NCBI GenBank assembly: GCA_028865345.1
Contig: JAGWKL010000004.1
Span: 79,422 to 143,421 of the forward strand
From: Candidatus Omnitrophota bacterium
GTDB lineage: Bacteria; Omnitrophota; Gorgyraeia; Zapsychrales; Fredricksoniimonadaceae
DNA: 64,000 nt
Reading direction: 5' to 3'
Shown: positions 29,701-36,095 of the stretch, one piece after another
Position numbering within the stretch: position 1 is the stretch's first letter
Layout: every line of letters starts with the position of its first letter
Notes under the pieces: model-generated
What the model was told of the DNA's origin: nothing
What the model saw: only the letters and a program-made list of their open reading frames with translations
The model's database searches: none
Position numbers and translations under genes: made by a program

Positions 29701-29975
29701 ATAAGAAGCGAAGTCTCTTTGCGGCTGATCGTGCCCTTATCCTGGGCATCCACCATAAAATCGAATTCAAAAGGATTTTCAGGATACACGCGCATGCCGC
29801 GTAAAACAGGAGAGGAATAAGGAGAAGAAAGGGTAAGAATGCGGGTGTAGGGATCAGGTAAAAACGGTGTGGGCTGGGCCTGGACATAGCCGGCCGAGCT
29901 GTTGAAGACCAATAGAAAAATTAAAAGGCCGGTCAGCGACTGAAAAGGCCAGGATTTTTTCTTAAACATTGCCAC
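20709..29975 (-). CDS. Giant 3088-aa secreted modular protein, putative polyprotein (N-terminal domain; LysM; 2 MFP; TolC-like; multi-TM unit; GGIDL tail)
   Basis: Uninterrupted 9.27-kb ORF, N-terminal signal peptide (VQA-Q), recognisable internal domains (see findings). Start is GTG 29975 or ATG 29969. Confidence 0.9.
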   Translation of the reverse strand: MAMFKKKSWPFQSLTGLLIFLLVFNSSAGYVQAQPTPFLPDPYTRILTLSSPYSSPVLRGMRVYPENPFEFDFMVDAQDKGTISRKETSLLIKYFLTFLTIPEGDLWVNLSPYEKGRIVPADLSVTDAGNILLEQDKLLKQLTSSLTYPETGLGRKFWAEVYKKAAEIYGTTDLPINTFNKVWIVPDKAIVYDMGNSAVVGQTHLKVMMEEDYLALKKNRSHAGINARPTHSFTSMITKRLILPELEKEVNTGKNFAPLRQMFYSLILADWYKRALRRNVLSDIYINKRKTAGVDDVPLQAKEKIYREYLRLFKKGAYNYIREDEDPVSQKIVPRKYFSGGCNFSGFKNWAMTVRVMNPEVIAPDLAQSSDYAMAHVALSPIGMDPSMTVSRSSIRSFVLTVALALLGAGGVAQAAVITHNSNGTLHVAVQQHDTLGQILLDSGYRGQLWGARGIVAQLQPSVESQIPSHNINVIQPSTSFNIPGPENAGPKVRSYMQDLSNVDHKNIGNNFQRLSRTIQDLQSTFDDDTEGSHIFGALAHPVVPRFRAEADALDGLLKDPGFVRSLPEGQRDDVVRVLGDLEQAAQDFVKTWTVRPARGALDNHDVQIQAAHTQSLYDLERNLKDIHRLLDDMNGQIRTDTGSTPVAEVSPLPAEKNTNLNLHPTPVAPAATQANIQTQERIEPVNVPLKPAQVEIEKPYQTQQAHEEIPASPPASKPVPAAAPMSHVVPSRVKTHQIPWHYGKKFYVLQKKVQASSVEDNLTAKLSGFAEILDASKTTYKEGETILIIRNLQLESRITTLRAQLHAAEEMEASLEQSQAAPVNELQKARENVQSLQQELTKALAERELGKVKAPHKLVIRDFQVDSGTPVEQGAALASYFDEDRVRFEVDLPISANNNDLDLTIDGKPVKSITGINWLPTVDPRTAHLTLVVTPSSPIRQGQTVQLSLKVYSADGGSSRLLHTIVASGSTRELVRNIETYPIDATADGPVNFLVREGDKVEAGQIVARVDPKPYLAQYQEAVDQVHAVEDRLRNEAPASGGTIAPVQIDKLQAEDIKWKSEVARLRTILNNLVIKAPRDGVIVSSWEHQSGTFKSGEKLLEYSPGTVFLGDFNDPSNAVLLDGPVHRGDYVLVTTQIGGYRLVGRVTNVVDAFSPDIQLNKKSVEIKVLDPRHVLRIGMGVNVSLLDKTNQQIAAKVWTQENSTPVFSGAAPPPPPKIHADKLSRPVLNPRAVININPPLTSFPVQGPSVNLTAIGQKVRDFKLTAVTQRISYLQNQLAEKYPNSKYIGLDFNVYSSGGKTYIGGGVDANIPDVAIDLASGNAYGAAAKLVFPYFLKIAELVTHQKAKQIEYAKIQTEIVLREYQAAVLEQTEHAKDIGIDLGTQQQIAALYDQYIKDLEMGRKAIVQSMQAGVGTQEQLMAFDNNIAEAKEARSEAVQGNDELTIQLNTLTGRQDLHAGFAMDIPWQAEFPAPSQEQENAFIEKLLTANPQIQRAQTEIAKIRQQLKLKKIEGWQANATGVYSGSAISSSFTEPAFGGGETWRASEMNPGENGAEGLSIPLYDGKKKIDQKILALELQKKTAELELMENNLRGEVAVKIGALRDLSSQIQQAREAYQNALKWWELKAGFTGTLYAPQDWATERGAMNKWAVKIIQLKGQYLQAQDDLQKLGVLGPDQSLIQDSANQAMAADRAQLAGFLQKLILAFSMAVSIGVMPLHAQQLSNPNRDFNAWKARSTLPGPNSTMNVYDSNPFNREPGIDDLLSGYQGTAKDVEKLGAAALTAPADVRERIFLFLDGSNPWRSLRFLVNFIQTAQQKGNGQAVNWAYQSIGDIFTDNPGILDALYPSSFDADGVYPNQRALAQKILLAFIAKDPDGLGQDNLLMGRYWRTDELARLYNEMDLYFADPKQAQAMKDLFMDVLVRKIVLERINEHFQPGEYQNVNTYSLFVDSNTEALGRISVLPDQLRLFLNSPGWRKHMGLLRGDLLAEARRQAQNLIDQNQVNEQERAGVSAIGALPRDPQDTLAYLSTMTVSRQGEYLKTATKSELARILPHPYVLKNADDLNLVLDRLMGDAEGRLLVMQDYINSNDELMLRAIEARQNIDTVKQDAQNLKTPAAMGVFRRALYKMGGRTQNLSFSEAYLDTYSFIELSMQNPPAAGAASRDAQIKLIATKWAVRAIQINTQMAQKDSYSAGMPVHSVRFSDALDRLAQKIESLNDPQELEKYLTQMKNSGTDKEVVEAVLKLRNDYIKSIYENDQQIVQGHWWQWAWNTGVGASLLVICVGLYYLLSPKFWDWKNRKFASLDKLMRILEDEFLNNNGKGEGVIANEVSVPALLKKWEEILQLWDSDPRYPIEKLLNDQVFMAVIADAIIVRMKYTPDLVDNKSRKGAQNEAYQKGFSYFVRLANRTSKMVSDRMNRATEGQRHASWETSERMNLKMIYVQKFLDWLQGRVNLNLRNNEHFQKGELEETFNYPTALLGFESLVKKPENKLEADLRDLMETGNFIVPGLYKENEINATITESKKRWLEVKKESKRFGSYGYAASSKNSRKRSWYSRHIFTFVDGFLALKIAFSYFGYGRLPFLTFGRFNVLEIFGLLASVAITFANYLGPTLANKRLIDNKNMKEVLLRLREKMAEAVGLTAGPHQWPVFKKNVVENVSQANNEEQIIRRAVEEAESHEGDDPVVLLVENHDPKYIEALRETVRNSQIIGWGTQDGDTFFKALRETKSGKDNHKLFLFVEGNIPPDDPRIQLGIYNLYAAAKTTPKGGLVLGYAQDAYVGPPVQHADGSGITFGTHWTNIRDLHDLSRPSRAWVISDLNEGLTTVARMYENLDLREHARKRFSPTINIIRAKGLDLDNESAQQMMGLTRLMTMSPEEVQLQTVLAEELVNAGGLRFIPDIIIPRVMAQNFEDPNILLKEYMDYIQAQIRSGADNGHGNGNGNGNGYKESFERNLNAIRNASVDERTRVYSVIGEVSLSRHNLKNMVYLPERNTVVFASASDRARHLAQRVVDAAMNASAAKRSGGIDLDFQPQFINRFSTAGLSGRREAVQMSEGFQGFNFHIVRFTPSLTVNDAFHLMFGNR
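21125..21160 (-). repeat. Gly-Asn low-complexity repeat inside the giant gene
   Basis: Encodes NGHGNGNGNGNG; degenerate 6-bp period. Confidence 0.7.
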
Positions 29976-30002
29976 ACTCGGAGATTTATCGGTTTCGCTC
30001 CA

Positions 30003-30046
30003 AGTATAGCCGCTCTATATTATGTATATGTTAAGACAAAGTTAAT
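30003..30046 (-). promoter_or_regulatory. Putative promoter of the giant gene with 11-bp direct repeats
   Basis: -10 TATACT (30008-30003); GTTAA at 30030 and 30041 over the -35 region. Confidence 0.4.
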
Positions 30047-30092
30047 TTTAAATACTTCCAAAACCATATCAATTGCAATGGGTTAGATGATA

Positions 30093-30680
30093 TCAAGGTC
30101 TCTTCATTGACATATGATCGAGAGCGATGTTGACCTGCAGAACGTTGACGACCGGCTCTCCGAGAAGGTCTAAGAACCGGCCTTGAGTGTAGCGATTGAC
30201 TATTTGCCGGACTTGGGTTTTGGACATTCCCCGTACACGGGCGACACGCGCCAGTTGATACCGGGCCGCAGCCAGACTGATGTCAGGGTCTAACCCGCTG
30301 CCGGAAGAGGTCACTAAATCCACCGGAATAGGGGCCTTGTTGCCCGGATCAGCGGCTTTTAAAGCTGCGATCCGGCCCTTCACCTCGTCCAGTAAAGCAG
30401 GATTGGTAGGGCCAAAATTTGATCCTGTGGAAGAAGATGCATTGTAAGCCGGGATAGTGGCCGATATCCGGCCCCAGAAATATTTCGGGTCGCTGAAATC
30501 CTGCCCTATCAAGGTGGAGCCTAATATTTTACCATTGCTCGAATAGATCAAACTGCCTTCGGCCTGTTTGTGGAACAATGTCTGGGCAATGCCGGTGACG
30601 ACCAGCGGATATATGATGCCGGTCAATACCGAAAACAAGATGAACGAAACGATGGTTGGTCTAAGCTGAGAAAAAAACAT
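30093..30680 (-). CDS. kdpC: K+-transporting ATPase subunit C
   Basis: YPLVVTGIAQ, LIGQDF, YFWGR, DLVTSSGSGLDPDIS, VNVLQVNIALD. Confidence 0.97.
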   Translation of the reverse strand: MFFSQLRPTIVSFILFSVLTGIIYPLVVTGIAQTLFHKQAEGSLIYSSNGKILGSTLIGQDFSDPKYFWGRISATIPAYNASSSTGSNFGPTNPALLDEVKGRIAALKAADPGNKAPIPVDLVTSSGSGLDPDISLAAARYQLARVARVRGMSKTQVRQIVNRYTQGRFLDLLGEPVVNVLQVNIALDHMSMKRP

Positions 30681-30697
30681 TTTTTATTGCCTCCTCG

Positions 30698-32779
30698 TTA
30701 TACCCAATGCCATGCGGCCAAAATCATGTCGATCAATTTAATCCCCACAAACGGGGCGATGAGGCCTCCTGCACCATAAATCAACAGATTGTCCCGCAAT
30801 AAACGGCTGGCAGCCACGGCCCGGTACGGTACGCCGAACAACGATAAAGGAATGAGCACAATGATGATGAGCGCATTAAAGATAACCGCAGAAAGGATAG
30901 CACTTTGCGGGGTCGTTAAATGCATGATATTCAATGCTCCAAGTTGAGGGTACGTTCCCACGAATGCCGCCGGGATGATCGCAAAATATTTGGAAACGTC
31001 ATTGGCGATGCTAAAAGTGGTCAGAGACCCGCGTGTAATAAGAAGCTGTTTGCCGATCTTTACCACTTCGATCAATTTAGTGGGATTGGAATCCAAGTCC
31101 ACCATGTTGCCCGCTTCCTTGGCAGCCTGGGTGCCGGTATTCATAGCAACCGCCACATCCGCCTGGGCCAAAGCAGGCGCGTCATTGGTCCCATCGCCGG
31201 TCATGGCGACCAGCCGGCCGCCGGTTTGCATGTCACGGATCAACTTCAATTTAGTTTCAGGGGTCGCCTGGGCAAGGAAATCATCCATGCCCGCCTCCGC
31301 CGCAATGGCCGCGGCTGTCAACGGATTGTCACCCGTGATCATGACGGTCTTGATGCCCATACGCCGCAATTCGGCGAATCGTTCACTGATCCCGCCTTTG
31401 ACAATATCTTTTAACTCGATGACCCCCAGCACATGTTGATTCTCTACCACCGCCAGCGGTGTGCCTCCCTTTTGGGAAATGGCCTCTACCGTTGATTTTA
31501 GATCATCGGGGAATACCCCGCCGGCTTTTTTCACATGGCTTTCAATGGCATCGACCGAACCTTTCCGTATTTGGCGATTAGACCCCAAATCCACCCCGCT
31601 CATCCTAGTCTGGGCGCTGAAGGGAATGAAATGCGCACCTATTTCCTGGGTCTGCCTTTCCCTGATACCGTACCGTTTGGCCAACACCACGATGCTGCGG
31701 CCTTCCGGGGTTTCGTCAGACAATGAAGACAATTGGGCCGCATCTGCCAGGGCCTCAACTTTTACTCCTTTTGCCGGAACAAAGGCCACGGCCTGCCTGT
31801 TGCCCAAGGTGATTGTCCCTGTCTTATCGAGCAGCAAGACATCCACATCGCCGGCGGCTTCCACCGCTCGACCGGATGTGGCGATGACATTAGCCTGAAT
31901 CATGCGGTCCATGCCGGCTATACCGATGGCCGGCAACAAACCGCCGATCGTGGTGGGGATCAGACAGACCAAAAGCGCGACCAAGGCCGTGACCGTGATC
32001 ACGGTCCCCTTGCCGGCCGCGGCCACGCTAAAAATGGAAAACGGCAAAAGGGTCACTGTCACCAAAAGAAAAATGATCGTAAAAACCACCAGCAGGATGC
32101 TCAATGCGATTTCATTAGGAGTTTTCTGGCGGCGGGCCCCCTCCACCATGGCGATCATGTGGTCCAAAAATGTTTCGCCGGGATTGGCGGTGATTTTAAT
32201 GACCAACCAATCTGAAAGCACGCGTGTGCCTCCGGTGACCGCAGAGCGGTCGCCGCCGCTTTCGCGGATAACAGGCGCGCTTTCCCCGGTGATGGCGCTT
32301 TCATCGACGGACGCAACGCCTTCGATGACCTCGCCGTCCATGGGGATATAATCCCCTTGCTCGACAAGCACAACATCGTCCTTATGCAAAGCCGTGACTG
32401 AAACGCTGGTGAAGCCCGCCCCATGGACAGGCTTGGAGAGCTTTTTGGCAGGCGTGTCCTTACGGGCACGGCGCAAGCTTTCGGCCTGGGCCTTGCCCCG
32501 GCCTTCGGCCATGCTCTCCGCGAAATTGGCAAACACGATCGTAAACCACAGCCATAAAGTGACCGCAAGGATAAAGCCGGCCCCGGCTTCGCCATGTCCT
32601 ATCAAGGCCTGGATCCATAAACCTGTCGTCAACACGCTGCCGACGAAAACCACAAACATGACAGGATTCTTGATCTGGTGCCGCGGGTCCAGTTTCTTAA
32701 ATGCCTCAATGACCGCCGGCCACAAAATCGTAAGTTCAAACAATGATGTGACCTTGCTGTGTGTCTTTTTCATAATCAT
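30698..32779 (-). CDS. kdpB: K+-transporting ATPase subunit B
   Basis: [33 protein letters not shown]. Confidence 0.98.
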   Translation of the reverse strand: MIMKKTHSKVTSLFELTILWPAVIEAFKKLDPRHQIKNPVMFVVFVGSVLTTGLWIQALIGHGEAGAGFILAVTLWLWFTIVFANFAESMAEGRGKAQAESLRRARKDTPAKKLSKPVHGAGFTSVSVTALHKDDVVLVEQGDYIPMDGEVIEGVASVDESAITGESAPVIRESGGDRSAVTGGTRVLSDWLVIKITANPGETFLDHMIAMVEGARRQKTPNEIALSILLVVFTIIFLLVTVTLLPFSIFSVAAAGKGTVITVTALVALLVCLIPTTIGGLLPAIGIAGMDRMIQANVIATSGRAVEAAGDVDVLLLDKTGTITLGNRQAVAFVPAKGVKVEALADAAQLSSLSDETPEGRSIVVLAKRYGIRERQTQEIGAHFIPFSAQTRMSGVDLGSNRQIRKGSVDAIESHVKKAGGVFPDDLKSTVEAISQKGGTPLAVVENQHVLGVIELKDIVKGGISERFAELRRMGIKTVMITGDNPLTAAAIAAEAGMDDFLAQATPETKLKLIRDMQTGGRLVAMTGDGTNDAPALAQADVAVAMNTGTQAAKEAGNMVDLDSNPTKLIEVVKIGKQLLITRGSLTTFSIANDVSKYFAIIPAAFVGTYPQLGALNIMHLTTPQSAILSAVIFNALIIIVLIPLSLFGVPYRAVAASRLLRDNLLIYGAGGLIAPFVGIKLIDMILAAWHWV

Positions 32780-32782
32780 CCC

Positions 32783-34528
32783 TTAATTTGAAGGCAGCAT
32801 TAAATGTTCGACGATCGGGCCCAAAGCCAGGGCCGGGAAAAAGGCCAATGCCCCCACGATCAAGACAACCGTAGCCAGAAAAAACACAAAAAGCGGCGTA
32901 TGCGTCGGCAAGGTCCCCTGTGTCGTCGGCACAATTTTCTTGGCCGACAAAGATCCTGCAATGGCCAATATAGGAATGATCAGCCAATAGCGACAGAAGA
33001 ACATTGCTACACCCAAGGAGATATTATAAAAAGGCGTATTGGCATTGATGCCGGCAAAAGCACTGCCATTGTTGCCGCAGCATGAAGAAAACGCATAAAG
33101 GATCTCACTGAAGCCATGAGGGCCCGGATTTGAAATCCCAGCCTTTCCGGCAGCGGTAAGCACGGCGATGGCCGTTGGTATCAAAATGAACAAATGCGGA
33201 ATAAACGCGACGAGGGAAGCCATCTTCATTTCAAAGGCCTCGATCTTCTTGCCTAAATATTCCGGCGTGCGGCCGATCATCAGGCCTGCTATAAATACGG
33301 CCACGATGACAAAACCGATCATACCGTACAAACCCGAGCCGACGCCGCCGAAAATGACTTCCCCCAACTGAATCAGCCACATGGGGATCATGCCGCCCAA
33401 CGGCATATACGAATCATGCATGGAGTTGACCGAACCGTTGGAGGCACTCGTCGTGGCCACGGCCCAAATAGTAGAGCTCACGATTCCGAAACGGGCCTCC
33501 TTGCCCTCCATATTGCCACCGGACTGAAAATCTGTTGCATTTTGATCAACGCCCAATTTACCAATTAAAGGGTTTCCTCGTTGTTCAATATGGGTCACAA
33601 ACAAAAGGCACGGGATGAATATAACCAACATCGCCGCCAACAACGCCCAACCTTGACGGTGGTCACGAACCATATAGCCAAAGGTGTAACATAAGGCCGC
33701 CGGGATCAAAAGAATAGCCAACATCTCAAGGAAATTCGACAAGGGGGTTGGATTTTCATACGGATGCGCGGAATTAGTATTGTAATATCCGCCTCCGTTC
33801 GTCCCTAATTGTTTAATGGCAACCTGGGAGGCTACAGGACCAAGGGCCAAATCTTGTTGGGTGACCAGCTTGCCATTGGAGTCTTTGGCATCTTGAAGCA
33901 AGGCGGCTTTGGCGCTGGGAGCAAAGGTCTGCGGAACTCCTTGGGAAACAAGGAGCAGAGCCAGAACCAAGGCCGAAGGAAGCAGAATATATAAAATCGT
34001 TCTGACCATATCCACCCAAAAATTGCCGATGGTGTTCATTTGCTTTTGCACGAATCCCCTGATCAGGGCGACCAAAACGACCATGCCTGTTGCAGCCGAA
34101 GAGAAATTCTGTTTGGCCAGGGCAAGCATTTGAGTCAAATAGCTCATGGTGCTTTCGCCGCTGTAGCCTTGCCAGTTGGTATTGGTAGCGAAACTGATAG
34201 CGGTATTAAAGGAAGAGTCCGGTGACACAGCAGTCATGCCCGTAGGATTCAAGGGTAGAAAGGCTTGAAGGCGTTGAATGGCATAAACAATCAATATGCC
34301 TAATATATTAAACATCATCACGGCACAGGCATAGGTTTTCCAGGACATCCCCTCTTCAGGTTTTACCCCGCAAAGCCGGTAAAGCCATTTTTCCAATGGC
34401 ATGAGCCACACGTTTAAACCTGCGGGCCTTCCTTCATATATACGGGCCATGTAGGCGCCCAAGGGCTTGACACACAAAAGCAATACGATCACATAAATTC
34501 CAATTTGAATAAGATCGTTATAGCTCAT
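32783..34528 (-). CDS. kdpA: K+-transporting ATPase subunit A
   Basis: TNTNWQGYSGE, KQLGTNGGG, SNGSVNSMHD, NNGSAFAG, LALGPIVEH. Confidence 0.98.
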   Translation of the reverse strand: MSYNDLIQIGIYVIVLLLCVKPLGAYMARIYEGRPAGLNVWLMPLEKWLYRLCGVKPEEGMSWKTYACAVMMFNILGILIVYAIQRLQAFLPLNPTGMTAVSPDSSFNTAISFATNTNWQGYSGESTMSYLTQMLALAKQNFSSAATGMVVLVALIRGFVQKQMNTIGNFWVDMVRTILYILLPSALVLALLLVSQGVPQTFAPSAKAALLQDAKDSNGKLVTQQDLALGPVASQVAIKQLGTNGGGYYNTNSAHPYENPTPLSNFLEMLAILLIPAALCYTFGYMVRDHRQGWALLAAMLVIFIPCLLFVTHIEQRGNPLIGKLGVDQNATDFQSGGNMEGKEARFGIVSSTIWAVATTSASNGSVNSMHDSYMPLGGMIPMWLIQLGEVIFGGVGSGLYGMIGFVIVAVFIAGLMIGRTPEYLGKKIEAFEMKMASLVAFIPHLFILIPTAIAVLTAAGKAGISNPGPHGFSEILYAFSSCCGNNGSAFAGINANTPFYNISLGVAMFFCRYWLIIPILAIAGSLSAKKIVPTTQGTLPTHTPLFVFFLATVVLIVGALAFFPALALGPIVEHLMLPSN

Positions 34529-34617
34529 TAAAATATCTCCGGCCTAAAAAAGGCGATAAACAAATAAATAAACAATCCCAACGATACAATACCGCCGACC
34601 CAGTAGATGGTCAACAT
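34528..34617 (-). CDS. kdpF: KdpF (29 aa, not in the ORF track)
   Basis: MLTIYWVGGIVSLGLFIYLFIAFFRPEIF* matches the YL..A...PE.F signature; its TAA overlaps the kdpA ATG; SD AGGGGG. Confidence 0.9.
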   Translation of the reverse strand: MLTIYWVGGIVSLGLFIYLFIAFFRPEIF

Positions 34618-34626
34618 AGAACCCCC

Positions 34627-34710
34627 TTACACTTTTGAGCACAAAACAATAAAGCCGAAGGAAATGAGCCCGAAGAAAACCACAAGGCCAATAAAAGTAA
34701 TATCCGTCAT
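34627..34710 (-). CDS. 27-aa single-TM microprotein upstream of kdpF
   Basis: MTDITFIGLVVFFGLISFGFIVLCSKV*; SD GAGGAG; stop lies 9 nt before kdpF. Confidence 0.75.
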   Translation of the reverse strand: MTDITFIGLVVFFGLISFGFIVLCSKV

Positions 34711-34744
34711 ATAAACATGTCTCCTCTATCCTATTCTGAAAATA

Positions 34745-34811
34745 AGTTTAGCATCGCCACTGATATTAGCTAATTAAAAAGATGCCAAAGCATATTAAAA
34801 AAGTATTAAAA
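34745..34811 (-). promoter_or_regulatory. kdp promoter with KdpE-box candidate
   Basis: Extended -10 TGcTAAACT (34753-34745); minus strand TTTAATACTTTTTTAATA (34810-34793) resembles the T-rich E. coli KdpE site. Confidence 0.6.
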
Positions 34812-34863
34812 CCCGCTGAGGCCGGCAAAAACAGGTATTAATAAAGGAAAATCCCTGAAGAAC

Positions 34864-34892
34864 TTGCATTTAAGGCCGGCACGGGTTAATTT
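34864..34892 (+). promoter_or_regulatory. Sigma70-type promoter candidate for the antiporter
   Basis: TTGCAT-17 bp-TAATTT, 6 nt before ATG 34899. Confidence 0.45.
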
Positions 34893-34898
34893 AATGCT

Positions 34899-36095
34899 AT
34901 GGCCGGATTGCCCATAACTAACATAGTCATTCTACTTCTAATCGCCTGTTTGGTCGCCCTCAGCATGCGCTGGTTTAAACAACCCTACGCGACCCTCTTA
35001 GTGCTGACCGGCCTTGCCGTTTCTTTCCTGAAACTTGTCCCCAACATTTCGCTATCGCACGATGTGGCCTTTTTTCTTCTTTTGCCCCCCATCCTTTTCC
35101 ACGGCAGCATGAACTTAAGTCAGGAAAATATCCGACAGGACTGGAAGCCCATCGCCTTTTTGGCCGTCGGCGGGATTGTGGTCTCGGCCCTGCTGATCGG
35201 CTGGCCGTTGTCCCGGTTTTGGCATGTCCCTTTGATCTATGCGCTCCTTTTCGGCGCCCTTATTTCACCCACCGACCCTGTATCCGTGCTGGCGATCATA
35301 AGAAAATTAAATGCCCCCTCCCGCCTGCGTACGATCCTGGAGGCTGAAAGCCTGTTTAATGACGGGACAGGGGTGGTCTTATTTGCTGTTTTTTTGGGCA
35401 TGATCCAGCACCATGAACCTCTTCATTTGGGAGTGGCCCTTGTCCAATTTCTTTTGGCCACAGCCGGAGGCGCCGCCGTGGGCGGCTTTTTCGGGTTTGC
35501 CCTCTCCCGCTTGATCAGTCCCATCAATGATCCTTTTGTGGAGGTGACCCTGACCGTTGTCCTGGTCCTGGGGGTGCCTCTGATCGCCGCATCCCTGCAT
35601 GTTTCAGGGATCATTGCCATTGTCGCCGCAGGTCTGGTGATGGGGCACAGCCGCCTTTCCGGAATGTCAGCGCTCACCCGCCGGACGACCGAGACCTTCT
35701 GGGAGGTCATTGACTTTATTTTGAATTCGCTGATTTTCCTGATCATCGGCCTTGAACTGCGGTTTATCGGGATCCATAATCTCATCACCTATAAATGGTC
35801 CATCGCTGCTGGCATCCTGGTTGTACTCGCGGCCAGGGCCGTTGTCGTTTACGCGACCATGTACGGTTATAACCTGGTCCTCAAAACCCGCATCCCCTTG
35901 GAATGGAGCCACATCCTCTATTGGGGCGGGCTTCGGGGAACGATACCGATCATCCTGATGTTGCAATTGGAATCTCCCCAATTCCCCTACACACCGCTGT
36001 TTTTGTCCGCGACTTTCGGCATTGTCCTGTTCAGCATCATTTTTCAGGGAATGACCATTGAAGGCCTCTTAAAAAAATTCAAGCTCTATTCGTAA
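34899..36095 (+). CDS. CPA1-family Na+(K+)/H+ antiporter (NhaP-like)
   Basis: LLPPILF, ISPTDPVSV, AESLFNDGTG, WGGLRG; overlaps the convergent mgtA stop. Confidence 0.92.
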   Translation: MAGLPITNIVILLLIACLVALSMRWFKQPYATLLVLTGLAVSFLKLVPNISLSHDVAFFLLLPPILFHGSMNLSQENIRQDWKPIAFLAVGGIVVSALLIGWPLSRFWHVPLIYALLFGALISPTDPVSVLAIIRKLNAPSRLRTILEAESLFNDGTGVVLFAVFLGMIQHHEPLHLGVALVQFLLATAGGAAVGGFFGFALSRLISPINDPFVEVTLTVVLVLGVPLIAASLHVSGIIAIVAAGLVMGHSRLSGMSALTRRTTETFWEVIDFILNSLIFLIIGLELRFIGIHNLITYKWSIAAGILVVLAARAVVVYATMYGYNLVLKTRIPLEWSHILYWGGLRGTIPIILMLQLESPQFPYTPLFLSATFGIVLFSIIFQGMTIEGLLKKFKLYS

